Shown: piece after piece, positions 30,501-37,473 of the stretch | How the letters are laid out: each line of letters starts with the position of its first letter | Numbering within the stretch: the first letter of the stretch is position 1 | From: Candidatus Kapaibacterium sp. | Lineage (GTDB): Bacteria; Bacteroidota; Ignavibacteria; Palsa-1295 | Direction: 5' to 3' | DNA length: 58,824 bases | Assembly (NCBI GenBank): GCA_017882165.1 | Contig: JADGPZ010000004.1 | Span: 1 to 58,824, forward strand | Notes under the pieces: model-generated | The model's input: only the letters and a program-made list of their open reading frames with translations | Database searches by the model: none | Told to the model about the DNA's origin: nothing | Program-made: the position numbers and the translations under genes

Positions 30501-30701
30501 CGACCGGCGGATGTCATCCGGGACATTTTGCAATTCCTTATAGAGCCCGACCGCAGGTGGCAACTCGACGGGCTTAGCGAGCGTCTCACGCTCACCGGCC
30601 TCTCGCTGGACAGCTTCTGGCTGGGCAGCCGGCTGCTGAGCGGAAATCACTGTCGGCACAGCCAACAGCATGAAAAGAAATACAATGAGACGAATCATCA
30701 A
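27540..30701 (-). CDS. large secreted BNR/Asp-box (sortilin/VPS10-like) beta-propeller protein with FlgD-Ig/T9SS-type C-terminal domain
   Basis: Signal peptide. Many S-x-D-x-G-x-T-W Asp-box repeats. C-terminus FWDGHASDGAIAPSGAYFYTIE...MVLYSN. Confidence 0.85.
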   Translation of the reverse strand: MMIRLIVFLFMLLAVPTVISAQQPAAQPEAVQREAGERETLAKPVELPPAVGLYKELQNVPDDIRRSAPFARALYEMTRRAGLDGTFDREERYQAFQQSQRDLEQSSVAEKASGQNGGAPMKPLANAWTNIGLIGSPNNYVFSAGCISAIAINPTTPNIMYAGGTSGGVWKSTDAGAHWVPLTDNAIPNLSVSSIAIDPKHPNTLYVGTGNGYASIDELTGTGLYKSVDGGGTWKRIGAASLTGTVVKVLVDPIKSNVVFAAQYSGARGLYRSTDSGTTWTKVFPTSGYSAGVVWDVLATVVGGIPYLYFAEGNHIPLATSQECGVYKSVDDGATWAKYTTQFPRGDTIGRCGLAASISDPKRLFVLITNTGGDIIAGGSRDLFRTTDNGLTWGSIVIPTTVFHGGSGGPIQPAQGWYDLMLGVTPFSNGTTGSDTIYVGGVEAWVNCNDGNGWQDYSDNSWSWAYSHVDHHSIAFNPQDPSIVFDGCDGGLYWTNTAGLPGEWSYRSNQMQTGRFYHIGLDRQVANYVITMGGAQDQGTWKIQGSTTPVLELGGDGLQPISNSLNTTYPYYGELPNGDLYRYNNSTHVWSQIDTESTDNAYWDTPFKQSIAPFGNIAAYHVFYAGRQHLWRSVNDGSTWSMTSSAAFRDLIHAVGLSATSSNNIYVGTWDSIYSSQDAGASWTAKHTGSSAWVTSIVTTGHDDQFALASFGTSGTNHVMRTTDMGAHWASRNGSTGHLLPAVGVNCVAVDSVDPLRIWYAATDNGIYYTIDSGLTWSVAGSGMGLVPCYDVQVQANKITIRVASFGRGIWEGQTNTLPVELSSLAYRKTQSGTLLSWHTDSERGDAGFFVQRSYGGAAFEDINPAIIQSKSGGGTSNTRLDYNFLDTLRAAGTYLYQLKQVDLDGSIHFSNNVEVHWGGNQMVVYQSYPNPLMIGTPTSTIASAFQPFGPDNTPVVQPALATRIDYELPYDETTDGDAISIKIYNSLGKFVANAVDPNGTPVNNLAQPAGTNSAFWDGHASDGAIAPSGAYFYTIETQHSGTFIGKMVLYSN

Positions 30702-30718
30702 TAACTTGGAATGCGAAA

Positions 30719-30780
30719 TTAGGAATGAGGAATTGCGAACTACCTAATCCTATTTTCTCACTCCTGATTCCTCATTCTTA
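30719..30780. repeat. heptamer hairpin array (AGGAATG direct, CATTCCT-like inverted)
   Basis: AGGAATGAGGAAT (30721-30733) against ATTCCTCATTCT (30767-30778), with 7-nt phasing across the interval. Lies between the HAD gene stop and the BNR gene start. Confidence 0.8.
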
Positions 30781-30783
30781 ATT

Positions 30784-31470
30784 TCAGTTTCGAGTGTTTT
30801 GCTTATCGACAATGGCCAGGAGGTCGGTAATGTCGTGCAGATCGAAGTCAGCGCCGTGCTCGATGACGCCGGTGACATCGCCGTAGCGGGCAAAGGCAGT
30901 CTGCATCCCGACAGCTTTCGCGCCGGCAATGTCGCGTTCCGCCCAATCTCCAACCATGAGTGCATCGGCGGGTTTGGTCTCCAGCAGATCAAGAACTTTG
31001 AGGAAAGGCTTGGCTGAGGGCTTGCGCTCGCCGGTCTCATCGAACGTCACGGCGACGCCAAAAATGTGGTGGAATCCGATGTGGCAGAGTCTGAGCCACG
31101 CTTCACGGCTTGGGGCGTCGGTCAGCACGGCGAGATTGATCCCGCGTCGGATAAGCTGCATGAGCGTCGCCGTGACGTGCGGGTAGGGTTTGAGCGCGGC
31201 CTCGCGCGCGCGGCGATAGGCAATCACGCCGGCGGCAAGAATCCGGTGATCGAGCTTTTTGAACACGCCAAAGAGCAGATCGTCGAAGACCTGCTGATAC
31301 TCGATGCCGCGCTCCTTGTAGATCGCGTCGATGCGATTACGGATGTCCGCGCGTTCGAGATCGAGTCCGGCATCGAGCATCGCGTCGATCGCGGCTTCGA
31401 TCGCAAGCCGCTTCATCGCCATAAAATCGACGAGCGTGTTATCGAGATCGAAGACGATGGATTGAATCAT
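30784..31470 (-). CDS. HAD-superfamily hydrolase (phosphatase)
   Basis: Motif I FDLDNTLVDF, motif II LAVLTDAP, motif IV GDWAERD. Confidence 0.85.
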   Translation of the reverse strand: MIQSIVFDLDNTLVDFMAMKRLAIEAAIDAMLDAGLDLERADIRNRIDAIYKERGIEYQQVFDDLLFGVFKKLDHRILAAGVIAYRRAREAALKPYPHVTATLMQLIRRGINLAVLTDAPSREAWLRLCHIGFHHIFGVAVTFDETGERKPSAKPFLKVLDLLETKPADALMVGDWAERDIAGAKAVGMQTAFARYGDVTGVIEHGADFDLHDITDLLAIVDKQNTRN

Positions 31471-31505
31471 GATGCCGTGCTAAAATAGGATTGAAAGAGA
31501 GGAGA

Positions 31506-31778
31506 TCATGCAAGCTGGGAGAGGAGCTTGTCATATTCGGAATGTGAGCCGATCCAGTACCAAACGATGTCGTCACCGCTGCGCTGGCCTAAGGCTCGCC
31601 AATCACTCCCAATACGAATGGAATACACTTCCTCTTTCGAGTACACCTTCTTGAAGTCCAGGCTGGGGTGCGCTGGATCATTCCTCCAAAGCGCATAGTT
31701 TTTTCGCGCGATCTCCTGGACATGCGAAGGAAGCTTCGCAAAGAGCCGATGGAACCGGGCCGTTAGATGGGATCTCAC
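31506..31778 (-). CDS. ParE-like/RelE-superfamily type II toxin
   Basis: 90 aa. …PSLDFKKV…YSIRIGSDWRALG…VWYWIGSHSEYDKL is the pattern I associate with the ParE-like toxin family. 4-nt overlap with the upstream small ORF. Confidence 0.7.
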   Translation of the reverse strand: MRSHLTARFHRLFAKLPSHVQEIARKNYALWRNDPAHPSLDFKKVYSKEEVYSIRIGSDWRALGQRSGDDIVWYWIGSHSEYDKLLSQLA

Positions 31779-31993
31779 AATTCATCCCAGCCAAGCTCTT
31801 CGGTTTTGCCGTCCCGAAATTCATCGAGTGCTTCTTGACCCATACGGAGGAGCATGTCCTTCGACTTCTCGAATGAGTGTTGCCACCGAAGTTCGGACTC
31901 CATTTCGGCCATAAAGAGTGCGCCAAATTCATCTTGAAGTTCTGGCGGAAGTTCTGCGGCGCGATCGAATGCCTTGGTAAGCAACTGTGTCAT
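31775..31993 (-). CDS. putative cognate antitoxin
   Basis: 72-aa acidic protein (…LPPELQDEFGALFMAEMESE…). Stop/start overlap with the toxin gives classic antitoxin-toxin order. Confidence 0.6.
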   Translation of the reverse strand: MTQLLTKAFDRAAELPPELQDEFGALFMAEMESELRWQHSFEKSKDMLLRMGQEALDEFRDGKTEELGWDEL

Positions 31994-32046
31994 AGCACTA
32001 CTGCCAACTTCTTAGATTTGATCGCAGTTCCGAAGGGGAATAGCTT

Positions 32047-32814
32047 TCACTCCAGATTGAACGAGAGTCCATCATACGCCAGTCGCACGCTCTCCGGCAG
32101 CTCCCGCTCCGTTTGCTTGTGGAGGACGTCGTGGTTCATGTGTGTGAGATAGGTGATGCGCGGCGCGATGCGCTCGGCGACGAGCACAGCCTCCGAAATC
32201 GAGAAGTGCGTCGGATGTGGCTTGTGCCGCAAGCCATCGAGCACGAGTGTATCCAAGCCTTCGAGTAGCGGAAAGGATGCTTCCGGGATTTCGCTGCAAT
32301 CCGTGAGATAGGCGAAACCTCCGATGCGGAATCCGAGAATCGAAAGCATCCCATGGATGAGTGGTACGGGGATAATCCTGAGTCCGAGCAGATCGAATGG
32401 CTGTTCGTCGATGACTACCAGCGGCACTTCAGGTAATCCGCCACCTGCTTGTGTCGCCGCGCCGAAGGCATAGTCGAACGTTCGGCGGATGTGCGCGGCC
32501 GTCGGTCCATCTGCGTAACATGCCGGCGCCTTTCGCATCAGGAATTGGAATGCACGAATATCATCGAAGCCCGCAAGATGATCGTTGTGGCTGTGGGTGT
32601 AAAGTATTGCTTCGAGGTGGGTTACCTTGTGCAAAAGCATCTGCTGCCGGAAGTCAGCGCTGGTGTCGATGAGGATATTCCTCTCTTCATGCTCGATGAG
32701 GACGCTCACGCGCAGGCGCTTATCGCGCGGGTCGGTCGAGCGACAGATGCGGCACCCACAGCCGATCATCGGGACGCCAGTCGAGGTGCCGGTACCTAAG
32801 AGCGTGACCTTCAT
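32047..32814 (-). CDS. MBL-fold metallo-hydrolase (PhnP-like phosphodiesterase type)
   Basis: LGTGTSTGVP, CGCRIC zinc knuckle, THSHNDHLAG (HxHxDH). Confidence 0.85.
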   Translation of the reverse strand: MKVTLLGTGTSTGVPMIGCGCRICRSTDPRDKRLRVSVLIEHEERNILIDTSADFRQQMLLHKVTHLEAILYTHSHNDHLAGFDDIRAFQFLMRKAPACYADGPTAAHIRRTFDYAFGAATQAGGGLPEVPLVVIDEQPFDLLGLRIIPVPLIHGMLSILGFRIGGFAYLTDCSEIPEASFPLLEGLDTLVLDGLRHKPHPTHFSISEAVLVAERIAPRITYLTHMNHDVLHKQTERELPESVRLAYDGLSFNLE

Positions 32815-32826
32815 CGGTGCTTAGCC

Positions 32827-33099
32827 CTATGCGTTTTCCTTCATTTCCTTAGCAATTTCATCCTCGATTGCTTCGCGCAAGGCCGGCCGGATGAAGATGC
32901 TTCCCAGACCATATTCTGAAAGACCGCGCGCCAGCGTCCGGATCTTTTTCGGGACCGTAGCGCGGCGGTTCAGTACGAGCAGTCGCTCCTCGCGCAGCAG
33001 GCAATAGCCGCCATCGAAATTGCCGTTCTCGAAGCGAAGCTTGATACCAAGCTCGGCGGCGAGCGCTTTGAGTTCTTCGAATAATTCTTCGTGGGTCAT
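32827..33099 (-). CDS. hypothetical protein (90 aa), probably co-transcribed with the MBL hydrolase
   Basis: Clean ORF 12 nt upstream of the MBL gene with plausible codon usage. No family recognised. Confidence 0.55.
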   Translation of the reverse strand: MTHEELFEELKALAAELGIKLRFENGNFDGGYCLLREERLLVLNRRATVPKKIRTLARGLSEYGLGSIFIRPALREAIEDEIAKEMKENA

Positions 33100-33102
33100 T
33101 AA

Positions 33103-33169
33103 GAGAACCTGGATTACATGGATTAGAGGGGATTACGCGGATTGATTTTAGGATTCATGTCTAATCCAG
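33103..33169. repeat. GGATTAC-family nonamer array
   Basis: GAGAACCTGGATTAC ATGGATTAG AGGGGATTAC GCGGATTGA… then one TAATCC. Shares its first 15 nt with the array at 33915. Confidence 0.8.
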
Positions 33170-33216
33170 TCTCTTTACAACATTTTGGACGAAGCGGTTC
33201 TTGCTTCATCCCGTTT

Positions 33217-34008
33217 CTATCGCTCACCCAAATAGCGGACCGGAAACGGCGTCTCGATAATTCCACCGTTGGTGAGTCCGACTTTGAATACCCGCGCACC
33301 CGGCACGGAGCTGATGGCTTCGACAAAATTGCCGTCCACAAAGTGCAGCGCGGCACCATCATCGGCGGCATAACCACCGGGCATTCCTTCACGAATGAAC
33401 TTGTGATATTGCGGCACTCGGTTCGGCTCGCTGTTGTAGTGCGGACAGTTACTGCCACGAATGAAACCGAGGCCATCATAGAGCGGGTCGAGCTCAAGGC
33501 TGAACGAATCGGTCACGCCGCACTCGAACCAGCACAGCGAACCGGCGCTCGTGCCACACATGACGGTCCCCTGCTCGTAGGCTTCGCGCAGGATTTGGTC
33601 TACGCCATGCACCCGCCAGATGGCGAACATATTCGCCGTGTTGCCGCCGCCAACGTAGATCACGTCCTGCGCAAGCAGGAACGCGCGAAGATCCTTCACC
33701 GATCGCGCAAACAGCTCTAAGTGGGTGGCTTCGCAGAGATCGGGGGAATATCGCGTGTGGAATGTTTCGATATAGGAGGGCGGATCGCCGCTGGCCGTCG
33801 GCAGGAAGCAGACATGCGGGCGCGACTTGCCAGTCAGGCCGAGAACGAACTTCGCTGAGAGCTTATTTTGCGGGTCGGAGAGAAATCCGTCGCCGCCGAA
33901 GGCAACAATATGACGAGAACCTGGATTACGCTGATTCAATTGGATTACGCGGATTGATTTGTAGGATTGATTCGATGAGAATTCGGATTGTATGGTCCAA
34001 CAAGACAT
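33217..34008 (-). CDS. S51 peptidase (peptidase E/cyanophycinase-like)
   Basis: VAFGGDGF…, VIYVGGGNTANM, CGTSAGSLCWFE (nucleophile Ser). The true start is uncertain (ATG 34008 or TTG 33939), because the ORF-track N-terminus is translated repeat sequence. Confidence 0.8.
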   Translation of the reverse strand: MSCWTIQSEFSSNQSYKSIRVIQLNQRNPGSRHIVAFGGDGFLSDPQNKLSAKFVLGLTGKSRPHVCFLPTASGDPPSYIETFHTRYSPDLCEATHLELFARSVKDLRAFLLAQDVIYVGGGNTANMFAIWRVHGVDQILREAYEQGTVMCGTSAGSLCWFECGVTDSFSLELDPLYDGLGFIRGSNCPHYNSEPNRVPQYHKFIREGMPGGYAADDGAALHFVDGNFVEAISSVPGARVFKVGLTNGGIIETPFPVRYLGER

Positions 34009-34068
34009 AATATGATAATCCGAAAAATCAATCCGCGGAATCCCCCTCAATCTGCGGAATCCAGGTTC
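33915..34068. repeat. about 150-nt imperfect hairpin built from GGATT(A/G)nnn units (GGATTAC family)
   Basis: Terminal GAACCTGGATT (33917-33927) pairs with AATCCAGGTTC (34058-34068). Internal GGATTACGC, GGATTGATT etc. are mirrored by AATCCGCGGAATCC…GCGGAATCC. Fills the S51/porX divergent region. Confidence 0.85.
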
Positions 34069-34070
34069 TT

Positions 34071-35651
34071 ATGAAAGGTAACATTCTCTGGGTCGATGAC
34101 GAGATCGACCTGCTAAAACCGCACATTCTGCTCCTCGAAGGCCGCGGCTACGCCGTGCGTACCGCGATGAGCGGCGAGGACGCGCTCGCGATGGCGCATG
34201 CCGAGGCGCCCGATCTCGTATTCCTCGACGAGAACATGCCCGGCATGGGCGGACTCGAAACGCTCGAATCGCTCAAAGCGCAGCATCCGGATTTGCCGGT
34301 TGTCATGGTCACGAAGTCCGAAGAGGAAGACCTGATGGAGCAGGCCATCGGCAAGAAAATCTCGGATTACCTGACGAAGCCGGTCAATCCCGCGCAGGTG
34401 CTGATGGCGGTCAAGAAGTTTTTGGAGGGCAAGCAGATTGTGGACGAAGCCGTCTCGCGCGATTACACGCAGGAGTTCGCGCGAACTGCTGTCGAGATGA
34501 TGAACGCGCGTAATGCGGCGGACTGGACGCAACTCTATGCGAAGCTCGTCCAGTGGGAAATGGAGCTTGACGAGCATGGTGGCCTGGGACTCAAGCAAAC
34601 GCTGCTCGATCAGAAACGCGAGATGAATGCCGAGTTCGGAAAATTCGTTGAACGGCATTACAAGGATTGGGTCAACACGATTTACGTGGAGTCGAACCGG
34701 GCGGAGCGTCCAGCGATGTCGCCGGACCTGATCGAGCAATGGGTGCTGCCGCTGCTCCAAACCGACACAAAACAGAATGTCGTCTTCTTTGTCATTGATT
34801 GTCTCAGGCTCGATCAATGGATCATCATGGAAGCCGAGCTGCGCAACCTCTTCAAGATCACGCGCGAATATCACTATGGCATTCTGCCGAGTGCAACGCC
34901 TTACGCGCGCAACGCGATCTTCTCGGGACTCTTCCCCGTGGAGTTCGGCAAGCTGTTTCCGAACATGTGGTCCTCGAAAGAAGACGATGAAAGCTCGCTG
35001 AATCGCGACGAAGCGGCGATGCTCGCGAAGCTCTTGGAGCGCAAGCGGATCAAGCTGCGGCAGGAGCCGAAGTACATCAAGATCATCGACCGCGATTATG
35101 GGGCCGGCATTGCCGACAACATCACGCAGCACGCGAAGAACGATCTCACGGCCATCGTCGTGAACTTCGTCGATATGCTTGCACACACGCGGAGCGACTC
35201 GCCGATCCTGAAGGAGATCGCGCCGGATGAGAGCGCGTACCGCTCGCTGACGCGCTCGTGGTTTCTGCATTCGAGTTTATTCGAAATGTTCAAGGCGCTC
35301 GCCACGATACCGAATCTCAAGATCGTTGTCTCGACCGATCACGGCTCGATCCGAAGTCTGCGCGGCGCGAAAGTCCTCGGCGACCGCGAAACTTCGACGA
35401 GCCTCCGATACAAATACGGCCGGAACGTGAAGGCTGAAGAGAAGCAAGCGATGCTCATCAAGCGCCCGGAGGAATACAAACTCCCGGAGCGCGGCGCGGC
35501 GGCGAATTACATCATCGCGAAGGAAGACTACTACTTCGTCTATCCGACCGACTACCACAAGTACCTGAACTACTATCGCGACACCTTCCAGCACGGCGGC
35601 ATCTCGATGGAAGAGATGATCCTGCCGGTCGTAACGCTGGAAGGGAAATAG
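34071..35651 (+). CDS. porX: PorX-type response regulator (CheY receiver + PglZ/alkaline-phosphatase-like domain)
   Basis: Receiver ILWVDDEIDLL…DLVFLDENMPGMGG…TKP, followed by a PglZ-type domain (FVIDCLRLDQW…, DMLAHT…). Length and architecture match PorX of T9SS-bearing bacteria. Confidence 0.85.
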   Translation: MKGNILWVDDEIDLLKPHILLLEGRGYAVRTAMSGEDALAMAHAEAPDLVFLDENMPGMGGLETLESLKAQHPDLPVVMVTKSEEEDLMEQAIGKKISDYLTKPVNPAQVLMAVKKFLEGKQIVDEAVSRDYTQEFARTAVEMMNARNAADWTQLYAKLVQWEMELDEHGGLGLKQTLLDQKREMNAEFGKFVERHYKDWVNTIYVESNRAERPAMSPDLIEQWVLPLLQTDTKQNVVFFVIDCLRLDQWIIMEAELRNLFKITREYHYGILPSATPYARNAIFSGLFPVEFGKLFPNMWSSKEDDESSLNRDEAAMLAKLLERKRIKLRQEPKYIKIIDRDYGAGIADNITQHAKNDLTAIVVNFVDMLAHTRSDSPILKEIAPDESAYRSLTRSWFLHSSLFEMFKALATIPNLKIVVSTDHGSIRSLRGAKVLGDRETSTSLRYKYGRNVKAEEKQAMLIKRPEEYKLPERGAAANYIIAKEDYYFVYPTDYHKYLNYYRDTFQHGGISMEEMILPVVTLEGK

Positions 35652-35690
35652 GTCTGGAATTCTATTCCGGGTGACATCATTATTCATATT

Positions 35691-36008
35691 ATGATTCAGA
35701 GCCAGATTTGTAGCTTTGCGGACCAAATTGCGCAGCGGTTCGGACCGGAGAAGATCATTCTCTTCGGATCGCAGGCGAACGGCACCGCACGGAAGGACTC
35801 CGATGTAGATGTCCTTGTGGTGATGGACTACGAGGGATTGGCTCCGCATAAGGCAGCCGAAATTCTCTCGTCGATCAATCCAAACTTCTCTTGCGATTTG
35901 TTGGTCCGCAAGGCGTCGGAGATACAGGAGCGGCTTGCCCTGAACGATTACTTTTTCCGCGATCTCATTGCACACGGCCACATCCTTTATGAAGCCCATC
36001 ACGCTTGA
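35691..36008 (+). CDS. MNT-type nucleotidyltransferase (antitoxin of HEPN-MNT module)
   Basis: LFGSQANGTARKDSDVDVLVV (GSx10-SDxD minimal nucleotidyltransferase motif). Confidence 0.85.
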   Translation: MIQSQICSFADQIAQRFGPEKIILFGSQANGTARKDSDVDVLVVMDYEGLAPHKAAEILSSINPNFSCDLLVRKASEIQERLALNDYFFRDLIAHGHILYEAHHA

Positions 36009-36387
36009 GTGGCTTGAGAAAGGCGACGATGACTTTGCAACGATGACGCGAGAGTTCCGCGCGCGTTCGCGTCCGAACTATGCGGGAGTCTGCTTCCATG
36101 CCCAGCAGTGCGTGGAGAAGTTGCTCAAAGGTTTTTTGTTTGAGCATGACGTTGACTTCTATCGCACGCACGACCTCCGCCAACTCATTAATCTCGCTGC
36201 CTCGTTTGAACCCGAGTGGCCTCGCTCGCTCGAAGATGCATCCCGCCTCACCAACTACGCCGTTGAAGTGCGGTACCCGGGCAACATCGCCACCAAAGAG
36301 ATGGCCGCAAATGCAATTCGGATTTGTCGGAAGATTCGGGAAAGAATCCTCCGTTCGCTCGATCTGCCCAGCGAGCTTCCCCTGTGA
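35989..36387 (+). CDS. HEPN-domain protein (toxin of HEPN-MNT module)
   Basis: The ATG at 35989 overlaps the MNT gene by 20 nt. Helical HEPN pattern with …FYRTHDLRQL…. Confidence 0.8.
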   Translation: MKPITLEWLEKGDDDFATMTREFRARSRPNYAGVCFHAQQCVEKLLKGFLFEHDVDFYRTHDLRQLINLAASFEPEWPRSLEDASRLTNYAVEVRYPGNIATKEMAANAIRICRKIRERILRSLDLPSELPL

Positions 36388-36878
36388 GCAACCTGCACAC
36401 GTCTGCTTCCCCGGAGGAGACGATCCGGCTGGGGGAGGAATTCGGCCGGGAATTCGTGCGGTCTGGCGTGGTGGTGACGGTTCGCGGTGAGCTTGGCGCG
36501 GGGAAAACGCACTTTATCAAGGGCATCGCCCGCGCGCTTGGAATTGACGAGCGTGAGATCACTTCGCCGACTTTTACGCTGGCCAATGAGTTCGAGATCG
36601 CGCGGACCAATGTAATCGCGGGCAAGATGCCCGCGCCACGCGATTCGAATAGCGCGCCACGCGTTCTGTATCATCTGGATTGCTACCGGTTCGAGAAACC
36701 GGAGGAGTTGCTCGCGCTCGGCGTGGAGGATTATCTCTATCCGAAGCACGCGGCGACGATCATCGAGTGGCCGGAGCGGATCGAGGGGTTTCTTCCGGAG
36801 CATACCATCCAAGTCGAGATTGTCGTCGTTTCTGAGACAGAGAGGCAAATTAGAATAAGGATGAGGGATGAAGGATGA
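36384..36878 (+). CDS. tsaE: tRNA t6A biosynthesis ATPase TsaE (with internal repeat-derived insertion)
   Basis: The GTG at 36384 overlaps the HEPN stop. GELGAGKTHFIKGIARALG P-loop, SPTFTL, LYHLDCYRF. Confidence 0.85.
   Translation: MSNLHTSASPEETIRLGEEFGREFVRSGVVVTVRGELGAGKTHFIKGIARALGIDEREITSPTFTLANEFEIARTNVIAGKMPAPRDSNSAPRVLYHLDCYRFEKPEELLALGVEDYLYPKHAATIIEWPERIEGFLPEHTIQVEIVVVSETERQIRIRMRDEG
36616..36663 (+). repeat. partial copy (3' module) of the in-frame palindromic element, inside tsaE
   Basis: TCGCGGGCAAGATGCCCGCGCCACGCG is 24/27 identical to 44738-44764. CGCGCCACGCG is repeated 21 nt later. Encodes AGKMPAPRDSNSAPR (compare AAKMAAPR in tldD). Confidence 0.8.
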
Positions 36879-36886
36879 AGGATGAA
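36859..36886. repeat. 4 x 7-nt tandem repeat GGATGA(G/A)
   Basis: GGATGAG GGATGAA GGATGAA GGATGAA. The tsaE stop codon (36876-36878) lies inside unit 3. Confidence 0.9.
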
Positions 36887-36900
36887 GGTTTTGTCCTCGA

Positions 36901-37473
36901 ATGATCCTCGTATTCGATACCTCCACCAGTCATCTCGCGATCGGCATTGCCGATGACTCCGGCATGCTGCTTCGACAATTCCATGCGGATGCTTCTGCCG
37001 ACGAGCGCGGCATTCATGATGCACGGCTTGCTGCGGAGACTGCTGCATTGCTGACCGCGACGGACACATCGCCGAAGGCGATCGTACGCATCGGCCTTAT
37101 CATTGGTCCCGGAAGCTTCACGGGGCTTCGTATTGGTCTTTCGTTTGCGAAGGGCTTGGCGTTTGCTACCGGCGCTGGTATTGTACCGCTCACGCAGCAC
37201 GAAGTTCTTGCGGCGGAAGGAAGGACAGAAGATGGCCGCATCGTAACGCCATCCTATCGCGCGGACATGGTCTATGTGGCTATGGCGGAATCGCCACGCT
37301 CGATCGAACTTGTTAGCGCCGAAGAATTCTCAGGACAGCTGGTAAGCGCATTTCATGTGTCGCTTGCAATCCTGGCAAGACTTACGGCTGAATCGCAAGA
37401 GGTCATTCGCGGTGAGGAGATCGATAGTCTCGAACCACTGTATCTCACGGAGTTCAAGGCAGGCGCGCGTTAA
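36901..37473 (+). CDS. tsaB: tRNA t6A biosynthesis protein TsaB
   Basis: MILVFDTSTSHLAIGI…GPGSFTGLRIGLSFAKGLA. Confidence 0.9.
   Translation: MILVFDTSTSHLAIGIADDSGMLLRQFHADASADERGIHDARLAAETAALLTATDTSPKAIVRIGLIIGPGSFTGLRIGLSFAKGLAFATGAGIVPLTQHEVLAAEGRTEDGRIVTPSYRADMVYVAMAESPRSIELVSAEEFSGQLVSAFHVSLAILARLTAESQEVIRGEEIDSLEPLYLTEFKAGAR

Noticed and set aside
33123-33720. ORFs 33123-33497 (minus) and 33142-33720 (plus) around the S51 peptidase 3' region
   Set aside because: They overlap the well-supported peptidase gene or consist of translated GGATTAC repeats (…NPKINPRNPL).
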